Made by a program: the position numbers and the translations under genes. A DNA stretch of 30,959 bases from Candidatus Krumholzibacteriota bacterium (lineage in GTDB: Bacteria > Krumholzibacteriota > Krumholzibacteriia > LZORAL124-64-63). The notes beneath the pieces were generated by a model. It worked only from the letters and a program-made list of their open reading frames with translations, did no database searches and was not told the origin of the DNA. Where the stretch lies: assembly GCA_039714075.1 (NCBI GenBank), contig JBDLKA010000035.1, forward strand, positions 1 to 30,959, in the 5' to 3' direction. This document shows, piece after piece, positions 1 to 7,854 of the stretch; positions within the stretch are counted from its first letter, which is position 1; each line of letters opens with the position of its first letter.

Positions 1-437
1 TCAGCGAGCTGGTGCGGCCCGAGGATTATCCCATCGTGCCGTTCATTACCGACATCACCGGGATTTCGCCGGACATGGTGAAGGACAAGGACACGTTCGA
101 TGTGGTCGGCCGGAAATTCCTGGAGTGGTACGGGCCGCGGAACAAGGCCATCATCGCCGCTTTCGGGGCCTACTACGACATTCCGTTGTTGAGGAAGGAA
201 TGCGCCAGGTATGGGTTGGACTACCGCACCCATATTGCGGGCGGCGCCTTTGACCTGCGGGCGGTGGCCACGGTCTGGCTGGCCGCGAACAACCACCGCA
301 CCAGCGGGCTGACCTTGAATTCGATCCTCGACAAGATGGAACTGGGCGACCGTTTCCAGGCCCACCGCGCGGTCGAGGACGCGAAGGCCGCCGCGGCGGT
401 GCTGCAGGTGCATCATCTGGGGCGAGCCTTGGATTGA
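1..437 (+). CDS. 3'-5' exonuclease, DEDDh/DnaQ-like (5'-partial; the frame is open from position 3 and the start lies upstream of the window)
   Basis: ITDITGIS..MV segment, ExoII-like 'AFGAYYD' and ExoIII 'AHRAVEDA' (H-x4-D). No ExoI motif is seen because the N-terminus is outside the window. Confidence 0.8.
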   Translation, partial: SELVRPEDYPIVPFITDITGISPDMVKDKDTFDVVGRKFLEWYGPRNKAIIAAFGAYYDIPLLRKECARYGLDYRTHIAGGAFDLRAVATVWLAANNHRTSGLTLNSILDKMELGDRFQAHRAVEDAKAAAAVLQVHHLGRALD

Positions 438-500
438 AACCCAGAGCCCGGAACCGGGCCGAAGTGGCCCGACAACCGGATGTCAGCGCTGGTGGGTCAG

Positions 501-529
501 TTGTGACCCTCCGGACAATGTGCTAATCT
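501..529 (+). promoter_or_regulatory. Candidate sigma70-type promoter for the 572 gene
   Basis: TTGTGA (501-506), 17-bp spacer, TAATCT (524-529) preceded by TGn; AT-rich patch in GC-rich DNA. Confidence 0.35.
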
Positions 530-571
530 AATGGTGATATCATCAATGAATATCCGTCCGGGAGGCTTGAC

Positions 572-1162
572 ATGTTCCGCTCCCTCTTTGTTTCCGCCCT
601 TCTGATCGTTTTGACCGCCCCCTGCCTGGGAGGAGAGATCGTCCAGATACCCCTCGATCTGGGTTCCCCTGAGCTGGCTTTGGGAGAGGACGATATCCGA
701 ATCGACTTCGATTCCGAACGCGAGCTGCCCGATATCGTCGGGGTCCGGCTTCACATCACTGGCTATTACCTGCATCATCGATCTTTCGGCTGGATATTTG
801 GAGACCCCCAAACTTACGGATATGGTAACGGAGAAGCCGGGCTTTATCAGGGATTCATCGTCGGGGAGCATCCGGAATGTGTCACCGAGTACGTGTTCGG
901 GAACACGGAAGACGGAGGAGCAACTTTCGATCTCGAACTGGAATTCGATTGCGGTGGACCGGACGTGGACTGGGCATTCCTCGCCGGAGGAGCCGGCACT
1001 CTCCTTCTGAGGAGCCTCGACTGCTACCTCCCGCCGTACCCGTTCGTCGGCCACTGTACGCCCTCGGCCTACCTGGAGTCCGCCACGCTGGTCATCCAGC
1101 TGGATTCACTGGTGGCCGTCGAACATCAGAGCTGGGGATCCATCAAGGCCCGGTATCGCTAA
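572..1162 (+). CDS. Secreted hypothetical protein with C-terminal 'SWGSIKARYR' putative sorting tail
   Basis: GGAGG RBS, hydrophobic signal peptide (MFRSLFVSALLIVLTAPCLG), acidic beta-rich body, ends VAVEHQSWGSIKARYR. Confidence 0.75.
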   Translation: MFRSLFVSALLIVLTAPCLGGEIVQIPLDLGSPELALGEDDIRIDFDSERELPDIVGVRLHITGYYLHHRSFGWIFGDPQTYGYGNGEAGLYQGFIVGEHPECVTEYVFGNTEDGGATFDLELEFDCGGPDVDWAFLAGGAGTLLLRSLDCYLPPYPFVGHCTPSAYLESATLVIQLDSLVAVEHQSWGSIKARYR

Positions 1163-1258
1163 AACCCTACACCCCCGCTGATTGAAACCATTTCCCGCCC
1201 ATTTGCGTCTGTTCTTCGGTTGGATACCGTGTAGGGAACCCGGCTCGAAAGGAACTTC

Positions 1259-2491
1259 ATGACTTGCCGCCAAATCCTCCTAACACTCACCATCCTGATA
1301 ATGAGTTCACCCGCCTATTCCAACGACAATGCGGGTTTCATCCACGGCACTGTGACCCTACATGACGGCGACCAGCACACCGGATTCATCCGCTGGGAGG
1401 ATGAGGAAGCCTTCTGGAACGACCTGTTCCACTCCCGCCAGACCGACCTCCCCTGGCTCGAACACGTGGACATGGCCGAACTCAAGGCCGAACGCAGGCG
1501 GCGCTACTTCGAAACCCACGGCATGTTCGACCGGGTCATGTGGACCCTGCACCACAAGGGCGACGAACTTCATCTTTCCCGGCTGTTCATCTGCCGGTTC
1601 GGCGACCTGGACGGTCTCGAAATCGATGACGAGGAAAATGTCACGGCCCTGATCCGTGGCGGAGAGCGGGTGCCGGTCCACGGATATTCCAACGACGTCA
1701 GCTCCGATCTCATTGTCTATCCCGCCGAAGGCGAACCGGTGGAAGTGGAGTGGGACGACCTGGCTTCAATCGATTTTTCATCGGCCCCGGCAGGTGTGGA
1801 GCCCTACGCCCAACGGCTCTATGGAAAAGTCGAATCCACCGAAGGAACGTACGAGGGTTTCATCCAGTGGGACCAGTCGGAGTGCACCTCGATCGACATT
1901 CTGGACGGGGACGATCACGAAATCCCCATGGGTGACCTCCGGTCCCTCACCAAGAACCGGAAAGGCAATTCCGATGTCGTGCTCAAGGACGGCCACGCCT
2001 TTCCTGTGTCCGGATCCAACGACGTGGGCGGCGGCAACCGCGGCGTGATGGTGGAAAACCCCGAGTGGGGCCGCGTGACGGTGGCCTGGAAGCGGTTCGT
2101 GGCGATCACTTTCATCGATGGCAAGGGCAGCGGTCCCGGCAGGGATCAGTTCCCCGCCATCGCCCCATTACAGGGAACGGTCACCGGGACAGAAGGAGAA
2201 ACCTGGATCGGACGCATTGTTTATGACCTGGATGAAGCGTACAACCGCGACATTTTCAACGGCGCCCTGCGGGATCTGGAATTCGACATCCCCTTCGGAC
2301 TGATCCGTTCCATAGAAAACAAGGGCGACGAATCCTGCCGGGTCAGCCTGGTTTCGGGACGAATCCTGGACCTGGGCGACAGCCAGGATACCGGCAAAAA
2401 ACACGGCGGACTGCTGGTTTTCGAACAGGGCATGGAAACGCCCACCTACATCCCCTGGAGCAGGGTGGGCGTCGTCACTTTCGATCAGTGA
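1259..2491 (+). CDS. Secreted hypothetical protein built from three tandem ~100-120 aa repeats
   Basis: AAGGA RBS, signal peptide ending PAYS. Three modules each begin G[TK]V..G...G.I.[WY] and contain S[NQ]D and a terminal W...I/V.F. Confidence 0.8.
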   Translation: MTCRQILLTLTILIMSSPAYSNDNAGFIHGTVTLHDGDQHTGFIRWEDEEAFWNDLFHSRQTDLPWLEHVDMAELKAERRRRYFETHGMFDRVMWTLHHKGDELHLSRLFICRFGDLDGLEIDDEENVTALIRGGERVPVHGYSNDVSSDLIVYPAEGEPVEVEWDDLASIDFSSAPAGVEPYAQRLYGKVESTEGTYEGFIQWDQSECTSIDILDGDDHEIPMGDLRSLTKNRKGNSDVVLKDGHAFPVSGSNDVGGGNRGVMVENPEWGRVTVAWKRFVAITFIDGKGSGPGRDQFPAIAPLQGTVTGTEGETWIGRIVYDLDEAYNRDIFNGALRDLEFDIPFGLIRSIENKGDESCRVSLVSGRILDLGDSQDTGKKHGGLLVFEQGMETPTYIPWSRVGVVTFDQ

Positions 2492-2501
2492 GAACCGGCC
2501 G

Positions 2502-2903
2502 TCAGGCCTCCATGAGACCGGCCAGCAGGCCCAGGCCGCCCATCAGGAACAGGAAGGCCAGATATAACACCGTCAAAACCAGGTATATGATGGTGATGAT
2601 CTTCAGGATGCGAAAACTGCGACCCAGCTCGTAGAACCCGGCCTGAAGCTCTTCGTTCGTACCGGCCTGCCGGAACAGGTCGAAGCGGTTGATCCCCTCG
2701 ATAAACCGGTGCGAGGCGATGATCAGGGGCACCCCCAGGACCGCCCCGATGATGGACAGACAGGTCAGGATGCCGTAGATGAGGCTGACCCAACCCATGA
2801 ATCGCATGTCGCCCAGGGTCCGCTCGAATCCCAACCCCATGGGGTTAACGGCGATAGCTCCTTCGGCCGCATTGTTCATTTCCCGCAAGACATGGACCTC
2901 CAT
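2502..2903 (-). CDS. DUF5362-like small membrane protein
   Basis: Hydrophobic segments 'MRFMGWVSLIYGILTCLSIIGAVLGVPLIIA' and 'FRILKIITIIYLVL..', a pattern typical of DUF5362. Confidence 0.65.
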   Translation of the reverse strand: MEVHVLREMNNAAEGAIAVNPMGLGFERTLGDMRFMGWVSLIYGILTCLSIIGAVLGVPLIIASHRFIEGINRFDLFRQAGTNEELQAGFYELGRSFRILKIITIIYLVLTVLYLAFLFLMGGLGLLAGLMEA

Positions 2904-3073
2904 GAATAAATGTCTGGAACGGTTCCTGATTTCAGGAACCTACCGGCCCGCAAACCCGCGGACCACACTTTCCGTACCCGATTCCGCTTGAATCATCGAG
3001 CCCGGTCTACCATTTTTCAAAGATGCAGGCCCTGTCAGCAGACGCTTAATGCCGCCCATGCTTCCGAGAGGAG

Positions 3074-5425
3074 ATGCCCGTGTCCGACGCCACCAAAATC
3101 TACGAGGCCCAGAAAGGCAACTTCGCCAAATGGGAGATCATCAAGGATATCGTCGATCAGCAGATCGACTTGATGCTCAACTATCGTCAAAGCGGACACC
3201 CCGGGGGCAGCCGCTCCAAGGTGCACTACTTCATCAGCCTGCTTTTGAGCGGCGCCATGCGCTGGGACATCCGGCATCCCGAAAAACGATTCGGTGACCG
3301 GTTCATCCTGGTGGCCGGACACACCGCTCCTTTGGTCTACGCCACCTTGTCGGTGTTCAACGAAGCCCTGCGCCTGATGCACGAAAAAACCGGCGACGAC
3401 AAGTACCTGGTCGGCGGCGGCAGCGAACGCATGATGACCTGGGAGGACCTGCTGGACTTCCGCAACGTCGGCGGACTGCCGGGCCACGTGGAGATGGCCG
3501 AGAAGAACCTCTTCGTGAAGTTCAACACCGGACCCAGCGGCCACGGCGCCCCCGTGTGCGCGGGCGAGGCCATGGCCCTCAAGCACGCCGGCGCCGAAGG
3601 CGTGAAGGTGTTCGGGTTCGAGGGTGAAGGCGGCCACACCGCCGGTTGCTGGCACGAGACCAAGAACACCGGTTTTGGCCTGGGCCTGGACAACCTGCAC
3701 ATGTTCATCGACTGGAACGATTTCGGGATCGACCCCCACAACACCAGCCACATCGTCAACGGCACGCCGCGGGACTGGTTCGCCCCCTACGGCTGGGACG
3801 TTCACGAAGCCGCCGACGGCAGCGACTGGGACGATGTGACCAAGGCGATAATGGAAATGACCGCCGGCGAAGGCACGCCCGGACGTCCGAAGATGATGTT
3901 CGGCAAGACCCGCAAGGGCCGCGGCTACTACAAGTACGACGCCCCCAGCCACGGTGCCCCCCACGCCCTGAACAGCGACCTGTTCTGGAAGTGCCGGGCC
4001 GACTTCACCGAGAAGTACGGCGTCACCTGGCACGGCACCGGCGAAGACGCGCCCGCCGACAAGGCCGAAATGCGCCAGCAGTTCGCCGACAACCTGAACG
4101 TGGCCCTGGACGTCCTGCGCGGCAACGAGGAACTGCTGACCTACCTGGCCGACCGCCTGGTCGAGATCGGCGACAGTGTTCCGGAAGAGATTGCCGCCTT
4201 CAACCTGAACACCGGCAAGAACCCCCTGAATGACGCCGGCCTGTTCGACATCGAAAGCTACCCCGAAGAGATGTGGGCCAAGCCCGGCACCAAGCAGCCC
4301 AACCGGGCCGGCTTCGCCAAGTGGGGCAGCTACATCAACAGCTACTGCCTGGAAAAGTATGGGCGCCCGTTGTTCCTGGTCTGCTCCGCGGACCTGGCGG
4401 GATCCACCAACATCGCCGGGTTCGGGTCGGATTTCGGCGTCATGAAGAACACCGGCTGGTACAACCGTGACGACAACATCGCCGGTGTGATTCTGCCTCA
4501 GGGCATCACCGAGTTCACCAACGCCGGCGTGATGGTGGGCATCTCGTCGGTGAACATGTCGGCCGACCCCGAGAACGAATTCAACGGGTACTACACCGCC
4601 AGCAGCACCTACGGGTCCTTCAGCTACCTGAAGTACGGCGCCATGCGCCTGTACAGCCAGATGGCCCAGGACTGCGAACTGAAGCTGGGCAAGACCATCT
4701 GGGTGGCGGGCCACAGCGGACCCGAGACCGCCGAGGACAGCCGGACCCATTTCGGCATCTTCAGCCCCTCGGCCACGCAGATGTTCCCGGACGGCCATGT
4801 CATCGACATCCATCCCTGGGAATTCAACGAAGTGCCGGTGATGCTGGCCGCGGCCATGAAGACCGACTGTCCCATCATCGCGCTGCACCTGACCCGCCCC
4901 GGCGTGGAGATTCCCGACCGCGAGGCCCTGGGCCTGGGATCGTTCAAGAACGCGGCCAAGGGCGCCTACATCCTGAGGGACTACAAGGACGGCATGCCCA
5001 AGCAGGGCGTCATAATGGTTCAAGGGACCATGAGCACCTACAATCTGATTAACGCGCTGCCGGCCATCGACGCCGCCGGCGTGAACGTCAAGATCGTGGC
5101 CGTTCCCAGCCCGCAGCTGTTCCACCTCCAGGACGAGGAGTACCAGAACAGCGTGCTGACGGTCGGGGACATGCTCAACAGCACCTACGTCACCAACCGG
5201 GCGCGGCGCACCATGACCGACTGGAACTTCAACCCGTTGGCCGACCGTTACGCCATGAGCAGCGACTGGGACGACATGTGGCGCCCCGGCGGCTCGCTGG
5301 ACGAGGTCTGTGAAAGCGCCGGCCTGGATACCGATTCCCTCGTCAACGGCGTGATCGCCTTTGCCGAGGACTGGCAGGCGCGGATGAAGGAGCTCGAACA
5401 TATGTTGGGCTCGGCGCGCGGTTGA
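3074..5425 (+). CDS. tkt: Transketolase-like TPP-dependent enzyme (divergent, 783 aa)
   Basis: SGHPGGS, DRFILVAGH, GLPGH, NTGPSGHG, ADLAGST, GITEF and ED.RTH motifs; strong GC3 codon bias; GAGGAG RBS. Confidence 0.85.
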   Translation: MPVSDATKIYEAQKGNFAKWEIIKDIVDQQIDLMLNYRQSGHPGGSRSKVHYFISLLLSGAMRWDIRHPEKRFGDRFILVAGHTAPLVYATLSVFNEALRLMHEKTGDDKYLVGGGSERMMTWEDLLDFRNVGGLPGHVEMAEKNLFVKFNTGPSGHGAPVCAGEAMALKHAGAEGVKVFGFEGEGGHTAGCWHETKNTGFGLGLDNLHMFIDWNDFGIDPHNTSHIVNGTPRDWFAPYGWDVHEAADGSDWDDVTKAIMEMTAGEGTPGRPKMMFGKTRKGRGYYKYDAPSHGAPHALNSDLFWKCRADFTEKYGVTWHGTGEDAPADKAEMRQQFADNLNVALDVLRGNEELLTYLADRLVEIGDSVPEEIAAFNLNTGKNPLNDAGLFDIESYPEEMWAKPGTKQPNRAGFAKWGSYINSYCLEKYGRPLFLVCSADLAGSTNIAGFGSDFGVMKNTGWYNRDDNIAGVILPQGITEFTNAGVMVGISSVNMSADPENEFNGYYTASSTYGSFSYLKYGAMRLYSQMAQDCELKLGKTIWVAGHSGPETAEDSRTHFGIFSPSATQMFPDGHVIDIHPWEFNEVPVMLAAAMKTDCPIIALHLTRPGVEIPDREALGLGSFKNAAKGAYILRDYKDGMPKQGVIMVQGTMSTYNLINALPAIDAAGVNVKIVAVPSPQLFHLQDEEYQNSVLTVGDMLNSTYVTNRARRTMTDWNFNPLADRYAMSSDWDDMWRPGGSLDEVCESAGLDTDSLVNGVIAFAEDWQARMKELEHMLGSARG

Positions 5426-5454
5426 TCGCCGGATTCGCAGTCCATTCAAAACAG

Positions 5455-5486
5455 CCGGCCCCCGCTCGATAGCGGGGGCCGGTTTC
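5455..5486 (+). terminator. Intrinsic terminator after tkt (possibly bidirectional)
   Basis: Perfect 12-bp stem CCGGCCCCCGCT-cgat-AGCGGGGGCCGG, then TTT; AAAA tract on the 5' side. Confidence 0.75.
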
Positions 5487-5791
5487 CGTCTCGGCCGGGA
5501 TTACGCCAGTTGTTGGGGACAACGCCACGGGGGAACGCAACGTTCGTTGCCCTTCAAAAACAAAAATGTCACCACCCGTCCTCGACGGCATCGGGTCGGG
5601 GCCAGACTTGATGTTTGTCGACCGATGTCGCTCGTAGACCAGTAAAGATAATGAATTTCCAGAATTCGGCTACCCGAGGTCCAAAAAGCAAACAAGACGG
5701 GAATTGTTCCCTGCATACGGGCGGGTTATGCTGTGGCGGTTCGGGTTCGACCCACCAGCACTCGTTCGCAAGTCGAAGGGAACGCCTTTCC

Positions 5792-7081
5792 ATGAAACCC
5801 ATCCCGCAGCAGGGAGCCACTTTCCTTCTCCTGGCCGCCATCTGGATCGCGGCCGGTCTGACTGGATGCGTGACCGCCGAAGAAACCGGCACCGTCCGCT
5901 TTGTCGAAAGCCATCCCGCCGAAACGCCGCTCGATCTGCCCGACCTCGAACAGGCCGCGGACGTCTGGCCCCGGGTCATCGACCAGACAAGCGCCCGCTT
6001 CCGGGTGGCCAGTTTCTATTACAGCCGGATCGGTGACGGACAGGACGCGCAGGCGCCGGCGGACACTCCCGACCACCTGTCCCCCATTCTGGAAGGGCTG
6101 GCCGCGGCCGCGGGAAACGGCGTGCGTGTGCAAATGATGGCCGACGGGAAATTCCAGAAGACCTACCCCGAAGTGCCCGCCTGGTTCGCCACCGTGCCCG
6201 GCGCGGAATCCCGCATCCTGGACGCGGAGGGGCACTGGGGCGGCGTCCTGCACGCCAAGTATTTCATCAGTGACGACGACCTGCTGTTCGTGGGCAGCCA
6301 GAACTGGGACTGGCGGGCGCTGGACCAGATCCACGAATTGGGCGTTCTGGTGCGGCACCGGGAACTGGCCGCCGACCTCGGCCGCGTCTTCGATATGGAT
6401 TGGGAACTGGCCGGCGCCGAAGCACCACCCCAGCCCACCGGCGAGATTTCCGACCCGGCCCAGGGCCGTCTGGAGGATTTCCCCGGTTACCCGGTCGTCA
6501 CCGCCCACGGCGACACGGTCAGAGCCCTGCTGGCCGCCAGCCCAGCCCAGGCCCTTCCCGCCGGAGTTCCCTGGGACCTGCCGCTGATGGTGGAAATGAT
6601 CGATGCCGCACGGGACTCGGTCCATCTCCAACTGCTGTCCTACGGCGTGACCGACCGGGAAAAGCGCCTGTTCGACGATCTGGACAGCGCCTTGAGACGC
6701 GCCTCCGTCCGCGGGGTCGAGGTCCGGATCATCCTGTCCAACTGGTCCAAGTCGCGCTACAGCCTCCCCTGGATCAAAAGCCTGGCCGTCCTGCCCCGCG
6801 TGGAGGTCCGGTTCACGAACATCCCCGAATATTCCAGGGGATTCATCCCCTTCGCCCGGGTCGAACACGCCAAGTTCCTGACCGTCGACGGGAACGCCCT
6901 GTGGATCGGCACTTCCAACTGGTCACGGGGGTACTTTTTCGATTCGCGCAACATCAGCCTGTTTTTCAACGGCCGGGGCGCCACCCGCGACCCCGACCGG
7001 TTTTTCAACCTGAGCTGGCACGGCCCCTACGCCGAGACCGTGGACCCGGCCGCCGATTACGCTCCGCCCAAACGCAACTGA
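5792..7081 (+). CDS. Phospholipase D family lipoprotein (two HKD motifs, PLD3/K4-like)
   Basis: HAKYFISD...GSQN and HAKFLTVD...GTSN motifs; lipobox-like LTGC after a hydrophobic stretch. The ATG at 5792 is preferred over the ORF-finder start at 5615. Confidence 0.85.
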   Translation: MKPIPQQGATFLLLAAIWIAAGLTGCVTAEETGTVRFVESHPAETPLDLPDLEQAADVWPRVIDQTSARFRVASFYYSRIGDGQDAQAPADTPDHLSPILEGLAAAAGNGVRVQMMADGKFQKTYPEVPAWFATVPGAESRILDAEGHWGGVLHAKYFISDDDLLFVGSQNWDWRALDQIHELGVLVRHRELAADLGRVFDMDWELAGAEAPPQPTGEISDPAQGRLEDFPGYPVVTAHGDTVRALLAASPAQALPAGVPWDLPLMVEMIDAARDSVHLQLLSYGVTDREKRLFDDLDSALRRASVRGVEVRIILSNWSKSRYSLPWIKSLAVLPRVEVRFTNIPEYSRGFIPFARVEHAKFLTVDGNALWIGTSNWSRGYFFDSRNISLFFNGRGATRDPDRFFNLSWHGPYAETVDPAADYAPPKRN

Positions 7082-7097
7082 CCCGAAAGGAACACCG

Positions 7098-7664
7098 ATG
7101 CAAGGCAAGGATCTTCCCGCTCGCTTCGACGCCGACCGCACCGCCCTGGTGGTGGTCGATATCCAGGAAAAATTCCGCGACCTGATCCACGGCATGGACC
7201 AGGTGGTGGCCGCATCTTCGCGCCTGATCCGTTTCTGCCAGCTGCTGGACATTCCCATCCTGGTGACCGAACACTACCCCCGCGGCCTGGGCGTGACCCT
7301 GGCCGACATCCGGCGCCTGTTCAAACCTTTCAATTGTGTCGAAAAAACAGATTTCAGCTGCTGCGGCAACAATGATTTCAATGAAGCGGTAGGAAATTTG
7401 AAGCGGGACCAGATCATCCTCTGCGGCATAGAAACCCACGTTTGCATCTACCAGACCGCTTTCGATCTGTTGCACCAGAACAAACAGGTGGCGGTGGCCG
7501 TGGACGCAGTCAGTTCCTGTTCCCCTGCCGATCGTGAAATCGGCCTCAAGCGCATGTCCGAATTGGGCGTCCAAAGCATGGGCGTGCAGATGCTGATGTT
7601 CGAAATCCTGAAAAAAGCGGGCACCGAGCAATTCAAGAAGGCCGCCCCACTTTTAAAGGAGTAG
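7098..7664 (+). CDS. Isochorismatase-family cysteine hydrolase
   Basis: TALVVVDIQE, TEHYP.GLG.T, EKTDFSC, GIETHVCIYQT, DAVSS; AAGGA RBS. Confidence 0.9.
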   Translation: MQGKDLPARFDADRTALVVVDIQEKFRDLIHGMDQVVAASSRLIRFCQLLDIPILVTEHYPRGLGVTLADIRRLFKPFNCVEKTDFSCCGNNDFNEAVGNLKRDQIILCGIETHVCIYQTAFDLLHQNKQVAVAVDAVSSCSPADREIGLKRMSELGVQSMGVQMLMFEILKKAGTEQFKKAAPLLKE

Positions 7665-7854
7665 GCCCTGGACTTCGGGCATAAATGGAACTAGACGGAC
7701 ATACCCAATAATACGGGCGTCATGGAGGGTCCCGCAGCCACGGACGGCGGAGGGCCCCGGAATGCGAGCGAGGCCGCCACACGATGTGGCGGCCCCGCGT
7801 CCCGAATTATTGGGTATGTCCGTCTAGTTCCATTTATACCCAAAGCCCAGAGCC
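7664..7854. repeat. Long palindromic element 1 (49-bp arms, MITE/REPIN-like), overlapping the 3' end of the DUF3078-like gene
   Basis: 7681-7712 is the exact reverse complement of 7806-7837 (32 bp). The arms extend to 7664/7854 with 4 mismatches. The spacer contains hairpins (GGCCGCCACA-cga-TGTGGCGGCC). Confidence 0.9.

Noticed and set aside
3035..5449. 804-aa antisense ORF opposite tkt (likewise 8921..9805, 18569..20035 and 26829..29267)
   Set aside because: Shadow ORFs caused by high GC3 codon bias on the real strand; no recognisable motifs and typical antisense composition.
5735..5760. GGTTCGA resembling a tRNA T-loop
   Set aside because: No 5-bp T-stem with a 7-nt loop, and no acceptor, D or anticodon arms can be built.
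7664..7854. Diversity-generating retroelement TR/VR interpretation of the duplicated gene ends
   Set aside because: The copies are short, inverted and adjacent; the differences are transitions not confined to adenines; no reverse transcriptase is in the window.
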